Shown: positions 32,044 to 42,337, counted from the stretch's first letter. The stretch is DNA of 63,458 bases from Bacteroidota bacterium (GCA_026391855.1 JAPLDE010000155.1:3369-66826); one strand, 5' to 3'. Notes: generated from the sequence alone by a model not told the origin. Numbers and translations are program-made.

Positions 32044-32051
32044 TATCTTTG
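32044..32051 (+). promoter_or_regulatory. -7 element for ychF
   Basis: TATCTTTG 19 nt upstream of the ATG. Confidence 0.55.
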
Positions 32052-32070
32052 CACCCCAAAAATAACCACC

Positions 32071-33171
32071 ATGCCCCTGAAATGCGGAATTGTAGGTCTG
32101 ACCAACGTTGGCAAGACCACCCTGTTCAATTGTATGTCGAGTACAAAGGCCCAGGCAACCAAATTTGCCTATAGCGCTACAAAATCAAACCTGGGTGTAG
32201 TCATTGTACCCGACCCGCGGCTATTTAAGATCGATCACTTTATCAAATCCGCAAAAATAGTTCCCACAACCGTAGAGATCGTCGATATTCCCGGACTTGC
32301 CAAAGGTGCCAGCCAGGGTGAAGGAATCGGTAACAAATTCCTGGCCGATATCCGTAATACCGATGCTATTATACATGTGCTCCGATGCTTTGACGATGAT
32401 TCATTACCCCATGTTGAAGGATCGATTAATCCCGTGAGAGACAGGGAGTTGGTTGATCTTGAACTCCAGATTGCTGACCTGGATTCGGTGGAAAGGAGAT
32501 TGCAGAAGGTGGAAAAACAAGCCAAGGTAGGAGGGGATAAAGAAGCGAAAAAGACCGTTGAGATTCTTACCGTTTATAAAAATCACCTTGAGAATTTTCA
32601 ATCGGCCAGAACTGTTCCCCTGAGTGAAGAAGACCAGAAATTTGTTCAGGATCTCTTCCTGCTGACATCTAAACCGGTCATGTACGTTTGTAACGTTGAT
32701 GAAGGTTCAGCTGTTAATGGTAATCAATATGTTGACCGGTTCAAGGCATCAATGGAAGGTGAACATGCTGAAATACTGGTGATTGCCGGTGCTATGGAAG
32801 CCGATATTTCCGAGTTGGAATCGATAGACGACCGTCTTGATTTTTTAAAAGAAATGGGGTTGGAGGAACCCGGTGTTGACAAGCTCATCCGCGCTGCCTA
32901 TAAGCTGCTGAATCTGAGGACGTTCTTTACAGCAGGTCCGAAAGAAGTGCGTGCCTGGACCATACGCGAAGGCGCTTCGGCTCCCCAGGCTGCCGGTGTT
33001 ATCCACAGCGATTTGGAAAGGGGATTCATCCGCGCCGAAGTGATGAAATACAACGACTTTATCCATTTAGGATCGGAGCATGCCTGTAAAGAAGCCGGCA
33101 AACTGTCCATTGAAGGGAAAAACTACATCGTCCATGATGGCGACATCCTCCATATCCGGTTTAATGTCTAG
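32071..33171 (+). CDS. ychF: Redox-regulated ATPase YchF (divergent switch I)
   Basis: NVGKT, DIPGL..GASQGEGIGNKFL, NVDE, TFFTAG.KEVRAW, GFIRAEV. Confidence 0.93.
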   Translation: MPLKCGIVGLTNVGKTTLFNCMSSTKAQATKFAYSATKSNLGVVIVPDPRLFKIDHFIKSAKIVPTTVEIVDIPGLAKGASQGEGIGNKFLADIRNTDAIIHVLRCFDDDSLPHVEGSINPVRDRELVDLELQIADLDSVERRLQKVEKQAKVGGDKEAKKTVEILTVYKNHLENFQSARTVPLSEEDQKFVQDLFLLTSKPVMYVCNVDEGSAVNGNQYVDRFKASMEGEHAEILVIAGAMEADISELESIDDRLDFLKEMGLEEPGVDKLIRAAYKLLNLRTFFTAGPKEVRAWTIREGASAPQAAGVIHSDLERGFIRAEVMKYNDFIHLGSEHACKEAGKLSIEGKNYIVHDGDILHIRFNV

Positions 33172-33172
33172 C

Positions 33173-33315
33173 CATAACCCTCATAACCTCCATAACCCCC
33201 CTAACCTCCATCACCCTCCATAACCCTCATAACCTCCATAACCCCCATAACCTCCATAACCCCCATAACCCCCATAACCATCATAACCATCATAACCATC
33301 ATAACCATCATAACC
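33173..33315. repeat. 9-bp tandem array CATAACCnn, 16 units
   Basis: Fills the whole space between the convergent ychF and TPR gene stops. Confidence 0.92.
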
Positions 33316-33737
33316 TACTCACAGTACCTCACCTTATCCCTCATATTCGGTTTTCCCAATTCTTCTGCCTTTTTCCAGCATCCACAAGCCTTTTTCTTAT
33401 CTCCCAGGTAGTAAAAAATATCACCCAGGGTGGCATAAGCTTCTACCTGCTTCGGGTCGAAGGTAATCACCTGGTTCAGGTCTTCGATCGCCTTTGCCGT
33501 CTCCTTCATCCTAAACCTGACACAGCCACGGTAATAATAGGCTTCCGTTAATTTCGGATCTTCCTCAATAGCCTGGTTCAAATATTCCAGCGATTCCTTG
33601 TAGCGGGCATTGTACATCTCCCTTACTCCCTTGTCCATCATTTTTTTTGCCTTCTTTTTGTCCGGACCACAGGAAGAAAGTAATAATACTATCATTACCA
33701 ATGTTGCTGATAATGCGATTGATCTTAATGTTTTCAA
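33315..33737 (-). CDS. TPR-repeat lipoprotein
   Basis: Lipobox LLSSC; TPR patterns AYYYRG and AYATLG. Confidence 0.85.
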   Translation of the reverse strand: MKTLRSIALSATLVMIVLLLSSCGPDKKKAKKMMDKGVREMYNARYKESLEYLNQAIEEDPKLTEAYYYRGCVRFRMKETAKAIEDLNQVITFDPKQVEAYATLGDIFYYLGDKKKACGCWKKAEELGKPNMRDKVRYCE

Positions 33738-33824
33738 TATAACAGATTTAGCAAACTTGATTGTATATTGTCCTTTCCGGAATAAACAGGATAGGATTGG
33801 TTAAGCTAACATAATTATCTTGAG

Positions 33825-34090
33825 TTAAGGAAAGTTCTTGTATATTTTGCTTCTGTGATCGATATCCATAAAGCCTGCAACACCACCTTGAATTAATAAT
33901 CCTACCCGATAATCACCGATTCTGATTCGATAGGCTTTTTTATGATGTTTAAGCTTTCTGATATTTGGTATATCGTCAGGTTTTTTGCATTAATAACGAA
34001 TTGAACGGCAGCACTGATCTCTTTAATCAGACCTCGATCGTTAATCGAGTCCAACTGTTTTTCGAATCGTCTACTAAAATATACATCCAT
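33825..34090 (-). pseudogene. RelE/ParE family toxin split by a -1 frameshift
   Basis: Frame 0 gives MDVYFSRRFEKQL...NAK; the -1 frame continues PDDIPNIRKLKHHKKAYRIRIGDYRVG...HRSKIYKNFP; joined length 88 aa. Confidence 0.85.
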
Positions 34091-34299
34091 CAAAGAAGAC
34101 CTAGCTTTTTTAATACAGCATCTTTATTAGCAATTCCGGTTTTCCGACCTAATTCAATACGTTTTAGTGTACGAGCCTCTTCGATGTCTTCTAAATCGGT
34201 CTTTTTTAATACTTTAACATCAACTCCCAACTTTTTTGCAAGTTCTAATACAGGAAGTAATTTTTTACGGTTTTCCCCAGAAATGATCAATGTTTCCAT
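34090..34299 (-). CDS. Putative type II antitoxin
   Basis: 69-aa ORF coupled to the toxin by a TGATG overlap; TAnnTTTG on the minus strand at 34314-34321. Confidence 0.75.
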   Translation of the reverse strand: METLIISGENRKKLLPVLELAKKLGVDVKVLKKTDLEDIEEARTLKRIELGRKTGIANKDAVLKKLGLL

Positions 34300-34338
34300 T
34301 TACTAATTTTCTACAAATGTAATACTTGGTTTAGTTTC

Positions 34339-35235
34339 TTAAAAATACAAAGGATGAACTTTCCAGCCTTTTTTATTACTGAATTCTATAGCAGGCAGGG
34401 GAATTTTGATCAGGTCCAGCACCGATAACACTGAGTGAAGGGTTTTTGACCGGGTTTTTATTTTTGAAAGACTGAGGTCGGGACTGATGAAAAACCTCCT
34501 GTACCTTTCTTCCGGCGGCAGTATATTACCCTGGTATTCAACCGGGTTTTGTGTTCCTCCAAGCATACCATATGCACCATACCCCAGGGCAATATTCAGC
34601 CAGGGAGGGAGCCATCCGCTATGCGGTGAAAAAGAATGCAGGTTGATGCTTAGCCAGTAGGTCTGTCCGTTATAATCCTTGATCATCTGTTCATACCATT
34701 GGTTGCCAAGCAGATCAGGCCTGTACATGGCGAGCGGGGTTTGATGGAATGAAAATTTCAGTATCACGCGTTGCTCTTTCCAAAGACGTTGCTGACTAAG
34801 GAATAACCCGGTTCCCAAGGTGTTCGCTGCAACATCTCCCCAGGAAAACCCCCATTTTGAACTATAGGCATCCATTACCTCTATTGAAGCCAGGAAGATC
34901 CATCCGGAAGACCCACCTGTCCAGCAAGATTCATCTTCATTAAAACCGGCCCATCGAAGGGCATCATAACCATATCTTCCCATATTATAGGAGGTTAAAA
35001 TATGACCCACTTTATCCATCTGCAGCCATTCCCTGTTGTCGTTGAAGAAATGAAAATCAGTCTGAGGGTAGTCTTTATACCATAAATAATACAGCCCTGT
35101 CATTCCTGTCAGGTAGGTAAGCGTAATTCCGGTCACTAACACTCTCTTTTTAAAGTAATTACTATCTGTTTGTCCGGTTGTAAGACAAGCCATTAACAGA
35201 AAGAGGCAAAGCAGGGAAGAAGCTTTTCGGTTCAC
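34339..35235 (-). CDS. DUF2279/YfiM-like protein
   Basis: FHFFND..EWLQMDKVGH, WGFSWGD, KDYNGQTYWLS. Confidence 0.8.
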   Translation of the reverse strand: MNRKASSLLCLFLLMACLTTGQTDSNYFKKRVLVTGITLTYLTGMTGLYYLWYKDYPQTDFHFFNDNREWLQMDKVGHILTSYNMGRYGYDALRWAGFNEDESCWTGGSSGWIFLASIEVMDAYSSKWGFSWGDVAANTLGTGLFLSQQRLWKEQRVILKFSFHQTPLAMYRPDLLGNQWYEQMIKDYNGQTYWLSINLHSFSPHSGWLPPWLNIALGYGAYGMLGGTQNPVEYQGNILPPEERYRRFFISPDLSLSKIKTRSKTLHSVLSVLDLIKIPLPAIEFSNKKGWKVHPLYF

Positions 35236-36573
35236 TCAGTTAGTCTGAAAAAGGGATAAGATCTGTGTTGCTTCATGGAGCTTGGCTTTCAACAGATCTT
35301 CAAATTTCGATTCAATGAGTAACCTAAGATAAGGTTCTGTATTGGAAGATCTTACGTTAAACCACCAATCCCTGAAATCATACCGGTATCCATCAAAATC
35401 CATTGAACCCTGGGGAGTTTCCTGCTTCAGGAAGTGGTCACAAAGGGCTTTAATAGCCGATTGTTTGTCAGTTATCCTGAAGTTGATCTCCCCGGAATTG
35501 TAATATTTCTTTATTTTATTGATCAGGGAAGAAACAGGGATACCAAGGCTTTTCATACGGTTGAAAACCTTCAATGCCATTAAAAAGGCAAGAAGGCCCG
35601 AATCAGAATAATAAAAATCACGGAAATAATAATGACCGGCCAGTTCACCTCCATAAATCCCGTTGATTTCCTTTAATTTAGGAGATGCATAAGCCCGGCC
35701 AACCCTCCATGTATGCACTTTTCCACCCATGGGCAAAAGGTATTCCTCCACCGACCTGGAAGTACGGATATCCACCAGTACATTGCCCTGCTCTTTTTCT
35801 AAAAAATAATGGCCCAGAACCGCAATGATCAGGTCAGGGGGAATGGCTGAACCATTTTCATCTATAAAGGCTACCCTGTCAGCATCCCCGTCGAAAATTA
35901 CGCCCAGATCACTTTTTTTTGTTAAAACTTCCTTCTTAAGTTGATGTAAATTATTCTCATCCAAAGGGTTAGCTTCATGATTTGGAAAAGTGCCATCCAG
36001 TTCCAGGAAAAGGTAATCCGGTTGATTTCCCATCAGCTCCTGTAAAAATAACCCGGCCATACCATTGGAGCTGTCAATAGCCAGTCTAAGCTGATTATCA
36101 GGTATATAAGAGGTAAGAAAAGAGGCATATTCCTGGCGAAGGTCAACATCCAGTATCTTGCCCCTGGTGTGACCCGGAGAAGGAGATTTTTTAATCATTT
36201 GTTCCAGTAATCCCAGCCCGTTGTCCTTGCCTACCGGCATGGCGGCTGGACCCGATATTTTTAACCCGTTGTACTCCTTAGGGTTATGAGAAGCCGTGAT
36301 TTGTACAGAACCCCTGTACCCATATTTGGCCGTCAGATAATAGATCATAGGAGTGGTGGCCAAACCGGTATAATGTACTTCTGCACCTGCATATACCAGG
36401 CCATCGCTCAGCGCTTCATAGATGGCAGGGGAGGAGGAACGGCAGTCCCTGCCTACCAGAATCTTATCCGTTTGCAACAACTCAGGAAGATAAGATCCGA
36501 TACGGAATACATCATCCAGCGTAAATTCTTCCCCGTAAACCCCTCGTATGTCGTAAGCTTTAAAGGCGCTCAT
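35236..36573 (-). CDS. Phosphomannomutase/phosphoglucomutase
   Basis: FKAYDIRG, TASHNP, DGDADR, RSSNTEP. Confidence 0.93.
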   Translation of the reverse strand: MSAFKAYDIRGVYGEEFTLDDVFRIGSYLPELLQTDKILVGRDCRSSSPAIYEALSDGLVYAGAEVHYTGLATTPMIYYLTAKYGYRGSVQITASHNPKEYNGLKISGPAAMPVGKDNGLGLLEQMIKKSPSPGHTRGKILDVDLRQEYASFLTSYIPDNQLRLAIDSSNGMAGLFLQELMGNQPDYLFLELDGTFPNHEANPLDENNLHQLKKEVLTKKSDLGVIFDGDADRVAFIDENGSAIPPDLIIAVLGHYFLEKEQGNVLVDIRTSRSVEEYLLPMGGKVHTWRVGRAYASPKLKEINGIYGGELAGHYYFRDFYYSDSGLLAFLMALKVFNRMKSLGIPVSSLINKIKKYYNSGEINFRITDKQSAIKALCDHFLKQETPQGSMDFDGYRYDFRDWWFNVRSSNTEPYLRLLIESKFEDLLKAKLHEATQILSLFQTN

Positions 36574-36584
36574 GGCTTTGGAAA

Positions 36585-37655
36585 TTATCGTTTGATGTTC
36601 ATCCTGTTCATGGCCGACTGGTATTCCCTGGCATAAACCATATGCTGGGCCAGGGTTTTAGAAAAATTATGATACCCCGACAGATCAGATTTTGCACAGA
36701 AATACAGGTAGTTATGGTTAACCGGATGCAATACCGCATCAAGGCTTCCTACCGATGGCAGGGTGATAGGCCCGGGTGGTAAACCTTTGTATTTGTATGT
36801 GTTATATGGAGAATCAAGAGAAAGATCCTGCTGCAATACCCTTTTTATGGTAAAATCACCCAGGGCGAAAACCAGTGTCGGGTCAGCCTCCAGTAGCATG
36901 TCCTCTCTGAGCCGGTTCAGATACACCCCGGCAACTCTTGGTTTTTCATCTTCCTTTATCGTCTCCATTTCCACTATGGATGCCAGTATACATACCTCAA
37001 CAGGTGTAAGCTCCAAAGAAGAAGCCTTTTCCAACCGGTCGTTCGTCCAGAACTTCATGTATTCCTGGTTCATCCGGCTGCAAAATCTTTTAGATGAAAT
37101 ATTCCAATAAATCTCATATGTATTTGGAATAAACATACAGAGAATATTTTCCGGGTTAAAACCATATGTTTTAGTAAAGGCCGGATCACTCAGCAACTGC
37201 AACAACTGGACTGAGTCGGTCTCCAATTGCTGGCCAATCCGGCCTGCCAGTTGCTTTTTTGTACGTATATTGTTGAAAACCAGTTTAACAGGTGCCTGTA
37301 TTCCGGACCTTAACAGGTTTACCAGGCTGTTGTTGCTAAATCCATTAATAATATGGTACCTTCCGGGCCGGACATGGTTGATATATTTTTTCTTTTTGGC
37401 AACCCATTCAAAGGAAAGGACATTTTTCAGCCAGTGGTGTTTCGAAAGGCTGTCTGTTACCGATTTGAATTCTGCCCCGGTTGGGATATACAAGTAACAT
37501 TCTGTATCAACTACCTGTGTATTAGGCCCATAGATCTTGTAAATAAATTGACCTGCTATTATCACTCCAATAAGGAAAAGAAGTAACAAAGCCACGAGAA
37601 AAATCTGTTTTCGGGACCGTTTCACGGGAGCGGATGGGTTGATTTCTTCTTCCAT
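36585..37655 (-). CDS. mltG: Endolytic transglycosylase MltG
   Basis: ASIVEME, VYLNRL, SPYNTY..GLPPGPI, YLYF. Confidence 0.93.
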   Translation of the reverse strand: MEEEINPSAPVKRSRKQIFLVALLLLFLIGVIIAGQFIYKIYGPNTQVVDTECYLYIPTGAEFKSVTDSLSKHHWLKNVLSFEWVAKKKKYINHVRPGRYHIINGFSNNSLVNLLRSGIQAPVKLVFNNIRTKKQLAGRIGQQLETDSVQLLQLLSDPAFTKTYGFNPENILCMFIPNTYEIYWNISSKRFCSRMNQEYMKFWTNDRLEKASSLELTPVEVCILASIVEMETIKEDEKPRVAGVYLNRLREDMLLEADPTLVFALGDFTIKRVLQQDLSLDSPYNTYKYKGLPPGPITLPSVGSLDAVLHPVNHNYLYFCAKSDLSGYHNFSKTLAQHMVYAREYQSAMNRMNIKR

Positions 37656-38185
37656 CAGTTTGGTAAAGGATTGATTAACTGTAGTGTATATTCATCTTTC
37701 CAAATATCACCCACCCTTGTCCATTCTTTTTTTGTGCCTGTAATCTCAAACCCTGATTTTCCGAACAGGCGGAGACTGGCTTCATTGTCGGTGGTTATGT
37801 TACAAAACAACTGGTGCAGGTGTAATATATTGAAAGCATATCTGGTTAGGATTTGGAGGCTTTCCAGGGCTAATCCTTTTTTTCTGAAATCCGACATAAG
37901 CATGATACCGACTCCGGCATGCAGGTGAATGGGGTCGAAATCAAAGAGGTCGATGGTCCCGATTGGGTTACCCGGCTCTGTCTTCCTGACAATCATCAAC
38001 CTCAGCTGCTTGGTCGTGAAGATGTCCTGGTTTGAATTCATTACGTATTGTTCCAGAGTAAACCTCGAAAAAGGCGTGATCGTATTGCTGTAATGCCAGA
38101 GTGTAAAGTCGTTCTCCCAACGGTAGAGCAAATCAATGTCTTCCGGCTCCAAAGCCCGTAAGAACAGGTTAGGTCCTTCAATCAT
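37655..38185 (-). CDS. GNAT/RimJ-RimL family acetyltransferase
   Basis: LRALEPED.DLLYRWEND, IDLFDFDP, NEASLRLF. Confidence 0.88.
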   Translation of the reverse strand: MIEGPNLFLRALEPEDIDLLYRWENDFTLWHYSNTITPFSRFTLEQYVMNSNQDIFTTKQLRLMIVRKTEPGNPIGTIDLFDFDPIHLHAGVGIMLMSDFRKKGLALESLQILTRYAFNILHLHQLFCNITTDNEASLRLFGKSGFEITGTKKEWTRVGDIWKDEYTLQLINPLPN

Positions 38186-38188
38186 AGT

Positions 38189-38891
38189 CTATATGTCAAT
38201 TTTACCGGAAAAAACCCAGGTGGCCGGTCCTTCCAGCCAGATCCCACTGAATCCCTCCGGGGTCCTTGTAAAGTATACGGTCAGTTTACCACCTGGCGTC
38301 AGCACACTGACAGGTGATGAAAACAATTGGTCCCTGAATGCAACAGCGATAACAGCAGCAGTAACACCTGTACCGCATGACAGGGTTTCCGCTTCAACCC
38401 CTCTTTCATAGGTTCTTACAAAAAGGTATCTCCCCTTTCCCGATATTTTCCCCGAAAGTCACGTAATGGGGTGATCCGGTATTTAGCGTAAGATACTCCC
38501 CGAAATCCTCCACACGTTCAACCTCTCTCATTAAAAGCCTTACCTGGCCGACATTAGCTTGTGAGTTGATTATCACTGCTTTATGTAATCCGTCGATGGC
38601 CCTGAAAACCATCTCCTTTTCAGCGATCCCCGATGAAAAAGCATACCAGCTGATACATCTTCCACCATTTCCGCACATGGTACTCTCTCTTCCATCAGAA
38701 TTATAATACCGCATGAAAAATGAATGTTCCGGGTCTTTGTCCAGGGTAATCAGGCCATCGGCACCGATACCCAGGCGCCTGTTACACAGAAATCTGATGG
38801 TTTCACTATCCAGACTTATTCCCTTTTCTCTGATGTCTAATAACACGAAATCATTGCCTGTTCCCTGGAATTTATTAAACTGGATAGACAT
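38189..38891 (-). pseudogene. dapF: Diaminopimelate epimerase, disrupted by a deletion/frameshift near 38440
   Basis: GTGNDF, MCGNG and TGSPH in one frame; VRTYERGVEAETLSCGTG...LEGPA in another frame ending at 38189. Confidence 0.88.
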
Positions 38892-38912
38892 AATTAGTTG
38901 GTAATTAGTTCA

Positions 38913-39731
38913 CTATGGTTTCTTTATCAGGGATAGTGCCTGAAAATTGTCCGTATTTTCAAGCAGGTAGTAACTGCTTCTGTAATGCAGGTATAATTTC
39001 CTGCTGATAAATTCAAGACTTATTTCAGCCGGGTCAAAGTTACCAAAGAGAATGATACGGTTCGAATACATCCTGTAACCCGTATAATTTATGGGTGATT
39101 TCCAGAATTCAACACGATACACATTGGCTGGAAATCTCTTTGTGTTAACGTCATTGGTCAACAGGGAGTCAAGGTTTTTCGATATTTTGCTTACCGTATC
39201 CCGTAATCCATTCACTTTGAGCATCTTTGCCAATCGAAACTGATCCCTTTTAACGGCTATTTCCTCCCTGACCTCCTTACCTTTTAAGCGGAACCCTATA
39301 GAATCCCTGATAGAGGAATCACGCAGGCTGATTCTTCTCCTGCTTTCATTACCATCTGACCTGAGGGAATCAGGAATATCGCCGACATCAATATAGTATT
39401 CCAGTGCATTATTAGTTGAGGAATAGTATTGTCCAAGGCTGTCATACATCAATATGGAATCCAGCCTGGCATCCTGTGAACCGGGGTTAACAGATCCGCC
39501 GATATTGTCTTTTGAGGAATGTTTTGATCCGGATGACATCCTGTCGACCTGTGTCAAAACGTCATCTTTATTCCCTCCAAGCTGGTGCCAGACTTTCCTA
39601 ATCTTTTCAAATGAAACCCACTCTGTACTGAAAATACTTTCATGCCACCACATAACGCTCAATGAAATGACCAGACCGAGAAAAACCCCGAGCAGTACCA
39701 GACCAAATCTTTCTTTCTTTTTTAATGTCAT
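38913..39731 (-). CDS. Hypothetical membrane-anchored protein
   Basis: 272-aa ORF with an N-terminal TM; C-terminal VEFWKSPINYTGY. Confidence 0.7.
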   Translation of the reverse strand: MTLKKKERFGLVLLGVFLGLVISLSVMWWHESIFSTEWVSFEKIRKVWHQLGGNKDDVLTQVDRMSSGSKHSSKDNIGGSVNPGSQDARLDSILMYDSLGQYYSSTNNALEYYIDVGDIPDSLRSDGNESRRRISLRDSSIRDSIGFRLKGKEVREEIAVKRDQFRLAKMLKVNGLRDTVSKISKNLDSLLTNDVNTKRFPANVYRVEFWKSPINYTGYRMYSNRIILFGNFDPAEISLEFISRKLYLHYRSSYYLLENTDNFQALSLIKKP

Positions 39732-39840
39732 GACTTTTCCTATGCATTAACAAATATTAACGCATAAGGTTTATACTATGCTATAGTTGGTTCCGTTACG
39801 GAAAAAGCAAAAATATAACAGTTTATGTTTTCTTAATACA

Positions 39841-39854
39841 GGCATAATTCTTGC
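39841..39854 (+). promoter_or_regulatory. Putative sigma-54 (-24/-12) promoter of htrA
   Basis: GGCATAATTCTTGC fits GG-N10-GC with TTGC. Confidence 0.45.
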
Positions 39855-39916
39855 TTAAGCGACAACAAAATTCTTAAAAATAATGTTTATTAATAACCTT
39901 AATAAGTAAGAAAGCA

Positions 39917-41347
39917 ATGAAAAGGTATCTGATTATTATCGCAGCAGCATTTTTTGGAGGGTTTTTAGCATTGGGTACTTACCGGCTGATGGAAAACAAC
40001 AAGATGGGCCGGTCAGGATTTTCCTCAACTCCTTTCCCGGTACGCCAGGCTTCGTATGCACCGGTAAACGGACCCGATTTTGTGGAAGCAGCTTCCAGGA
40101 GCGTTCATGCAGTGGTCCATATTAAAACAGAATACCAGCAGAAAACAAGTCTTTATGATTTCTTTTTCCGCGGTTTTTTTGATTATAATAATGGTGGCAG
40201 GCCTTATGTAGCCACGGGTTCGGGAGTGGTTATTTCGGATGACGGGTATATCGTGACCAACAACCATGTTGTGCAGGATGCTGATTATATTGAAGTCACA
40301 CTTAATGATAAACGCAGCTATGAGGCCAAAATAATCGGGAATGATCCCACCACCGATATCGCGCTGATAAAGATCTCTGAAACGAGCCTTCCATTCCTGG
40401 TTTTCGGAAATTCCGACCAGGTTAAGGTAGGAGAATGGGTGCTGGCTGTCGGAAATCCGTTTAACCTGACTTCAACGGTCACTGCCGGTATTGTCAGCGC
40501 TAAAGCCAGAAACATTAATATCCTGGGAGATAACACCTCCATCGAATCCTTTATACAGACTGATGCAGCTGTGAATCCGGGAAACAGCGGAGGAGCACTG
40601 GTTAATACTTCCGGAGATCTTATTGGCATTAATGCAGCCATTGCGTCCAATACAGGGTCTTATACAGGGTATTCTTTCGCCATTCCTTCCAACCTGGTTA
40701 AAAAAGTAGTGGAAGACCTGAAAGAATACGGGACAACCCAACGAGGATATATGGGACTTACACCAGTAGATATTACCAGTGAATTTGCCCGGCAGAACGG
40801 AATTTCAGATATACACGGCGTTTATGTGTATGATGTGAATGAAAACAGCGCTGCCAGGGAGGCAGGAATAAAAAAAGGAGACATAATTACTAAGGTCAAC
40901 AGTATAAACGTAAACAGCGTTTCTGAGCTGCTCGAGATTGTTGGACAGTACCGGCCGGGTGACAGGGTCAATCTCACTTTCAGCCGGAACAGCAGTGAAA
41001 AGAATGTTGACATGGTGCTCAGGAACAAAAATGGTTTGCTGGGATTAGTGAAGAAGGAGGAAATGGATGTGATTTCCTTATTGGGAGCTGACCTGACACC
41101 GCTTTCCAAGGATGAAAAACGTTGGCTGAGGCTTGAAAACGGGGTGAAGGTGTCAAAGTTAAAAGATGGATTACTTTCACAGCAAGGTATACGTGAAAAT
41201 TATATCATCCTGGCTATCGATAAAACACCCATTAAAGATACAGAAGACATACAAAAAGCATTAACGGGTAAAAGAGGGGGAGTGTTGATAGAAGGAATAT
41301 ATCCCAACAGGATGAGAGCGTATTACATGATAGTGTTAAAAGAATAA
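39917..41347 (+). CDS. htrA: HtrA/DegQ serine protease with two PDZ domains
   Basis: GSGV, VTNNHV, DIAL, QTDAAVNPGNSGG. Confidence 0.95.
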   Translation: MKRYLIIIAAAFFGGFLALGTYRLMENNKMGRSGFSSTPFPVRQASYAPVNGPDFVEAASRSVHAVVHIKTEYQQKTSLYDFFFRGFFDYNNGGRPYVATGSGVVISDDGYIVTNNHVVQDADYIEVTLNDKRSYEAKIIGNDPTTDIALIKISETSLPFLVFGNSDQVKVGEWVLAVGNPFNLTSTVTAGIVSAKARNINILGDNTSIESFIQTDAAVNPGNSGGALVNTSGDLIGINAAIASNTGSYTGYSFAIPSNLVKKVVEDLKEYGTTQRGYMGLTPVDITSEFARQNGISDIHGVYVYDVNENSAAREAGIKKGDIITKVNSINVNSVSELLEIVGQYRPGDRVNLTFSRNSSEKNVDMVLRNKNGLLGLVKKEEMDVISLLGADLTPLSKDEKRWLRLENGVKVSKLKDGLLSQQGIRENYIILAIDKTPIKDTEDIQKALTGKRGGVLIEGIYPNRMRAYYMIVLKE

Positions 41348-41402
41348 GGTTAATTGTGCATAAAAAGGTGGTTTCAGCGATTCAAAAAGTGATTACATTT
41401 CT

Positions 41403-41410
41403 TATCTTTG
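41403..41410 (+). promoter_or_regulatory. -7 element for rpoD
   Basis: TATCTTTG upstream of the gene. Confidence 0.5.
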
Positions 41411-41470
41411 GAAAATCACTTTCGATATAAAAAGTTCATTTATAATTAGTTAGGGAAGGGCAGGGGAAAG

Positions 41471-42337
41471 ATGAGACAATTAAAAATCACTAAATCAATA
41501 ACTAACAGGGAGACAGCTTCTTTAGATAAATATTTGCAGGAAATTGGTAAAGAGGAGTTAATAACTGCTGAAGAAGAAGTTGAACTGGCCCGGCGAATAA
41601 AGGCCGGGGATCAGCAAGCACTGGAAAAGTTGACCAAAGCCAACTTAAGGTTTGTTGTTTCAGTTGCCAAACAATACCAGAATCAAGGACTTAGTCTTCC
41701 TGACCTGATCAATGAAGGAAATCTTGGCCTGATCAAAGCGGCCAGGAGGTTCGACGAAACCAGGGGATTTAAATTCATTTCCTATGCAGTTTGGTGGATC
41801 AGGCAATCCATCTTACAAGCATTAGCTGAGCAATCCAGGATCGTTCGTTTACCACTGAACCAGGTCGGGTCGCTGAACAAAATTGCCAAAGAGTCATCCC
41901 GTCTTGAACAAAAACTGGAAAGACCCCCTTCACCCAATGAAGTGGCTGAAGCTTTAGATATTCCGGAGGAAAAGGTGACTACCGCCATGAAAATTTCCAC
42001 CCGTTTTATATCGATGGACGCCCCTGTTTCCTCCGATGAAGAAACCAAATTCATTGATCTTTTTGTCAATGATGACACTCCTGTTACCGATGCTGGTTTA
42101 CTGAAAGAATCCCTCGCCCGGGAAATTCAGCGTTCTCTGGCCACGCTGAGTGAAAAAGAAAGGGACGTAATCAACCTGTATTATGGCATTGGCCTGCCCC
42201 ATGGACTCACCCTTGAGGAAATCGGGGCTAAATTCGATCTGACCCGGGAAAGAGTAAGACAAATCAAAGAAAAAGCGATCAGGCGTTTAAAGCATAATTC
42301 ACGGAGCCGCTTGTTGAAAGCTTATCTGGGACAATAA
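41471..42337 (+). CDS. rpoD: Primary sigma factor (Bacteroidota short RpoD/SigA)
   Basis: [45 protein letters not shown]. Confidence 0.95.
   Translation: MRQLKITKSITNRETASLDKYLQEIGKEELITAEEEVELARRIKAGDQQALEKLTKANLRFVVSVAKQYQNQGLSLPDLINEGNLGLIKAARRFDETRGFKFISYAVWWIRQSILQALAEQSRIVRLPLNQVGSLNKIAKESSRLEQKLERPPSPNEVAEALDIPEEKVTTAMKISTRFISMDAPVSSDEETKFIDLFVNDDTPVTDAGLLKESLAREIQRSLATLSEKERDVINLYYGIGLPHGLTLEEIGAKFDLTRERVRQIKEKAIRRLKHNSRSRLLKAYLGQ

Noticed and set aside
33173-33315. CRISPR array or telomere-like repeat
   Set aside because: The units are 9 bp with no unique spacers and there are no cas genes; the location is internal and intergenic
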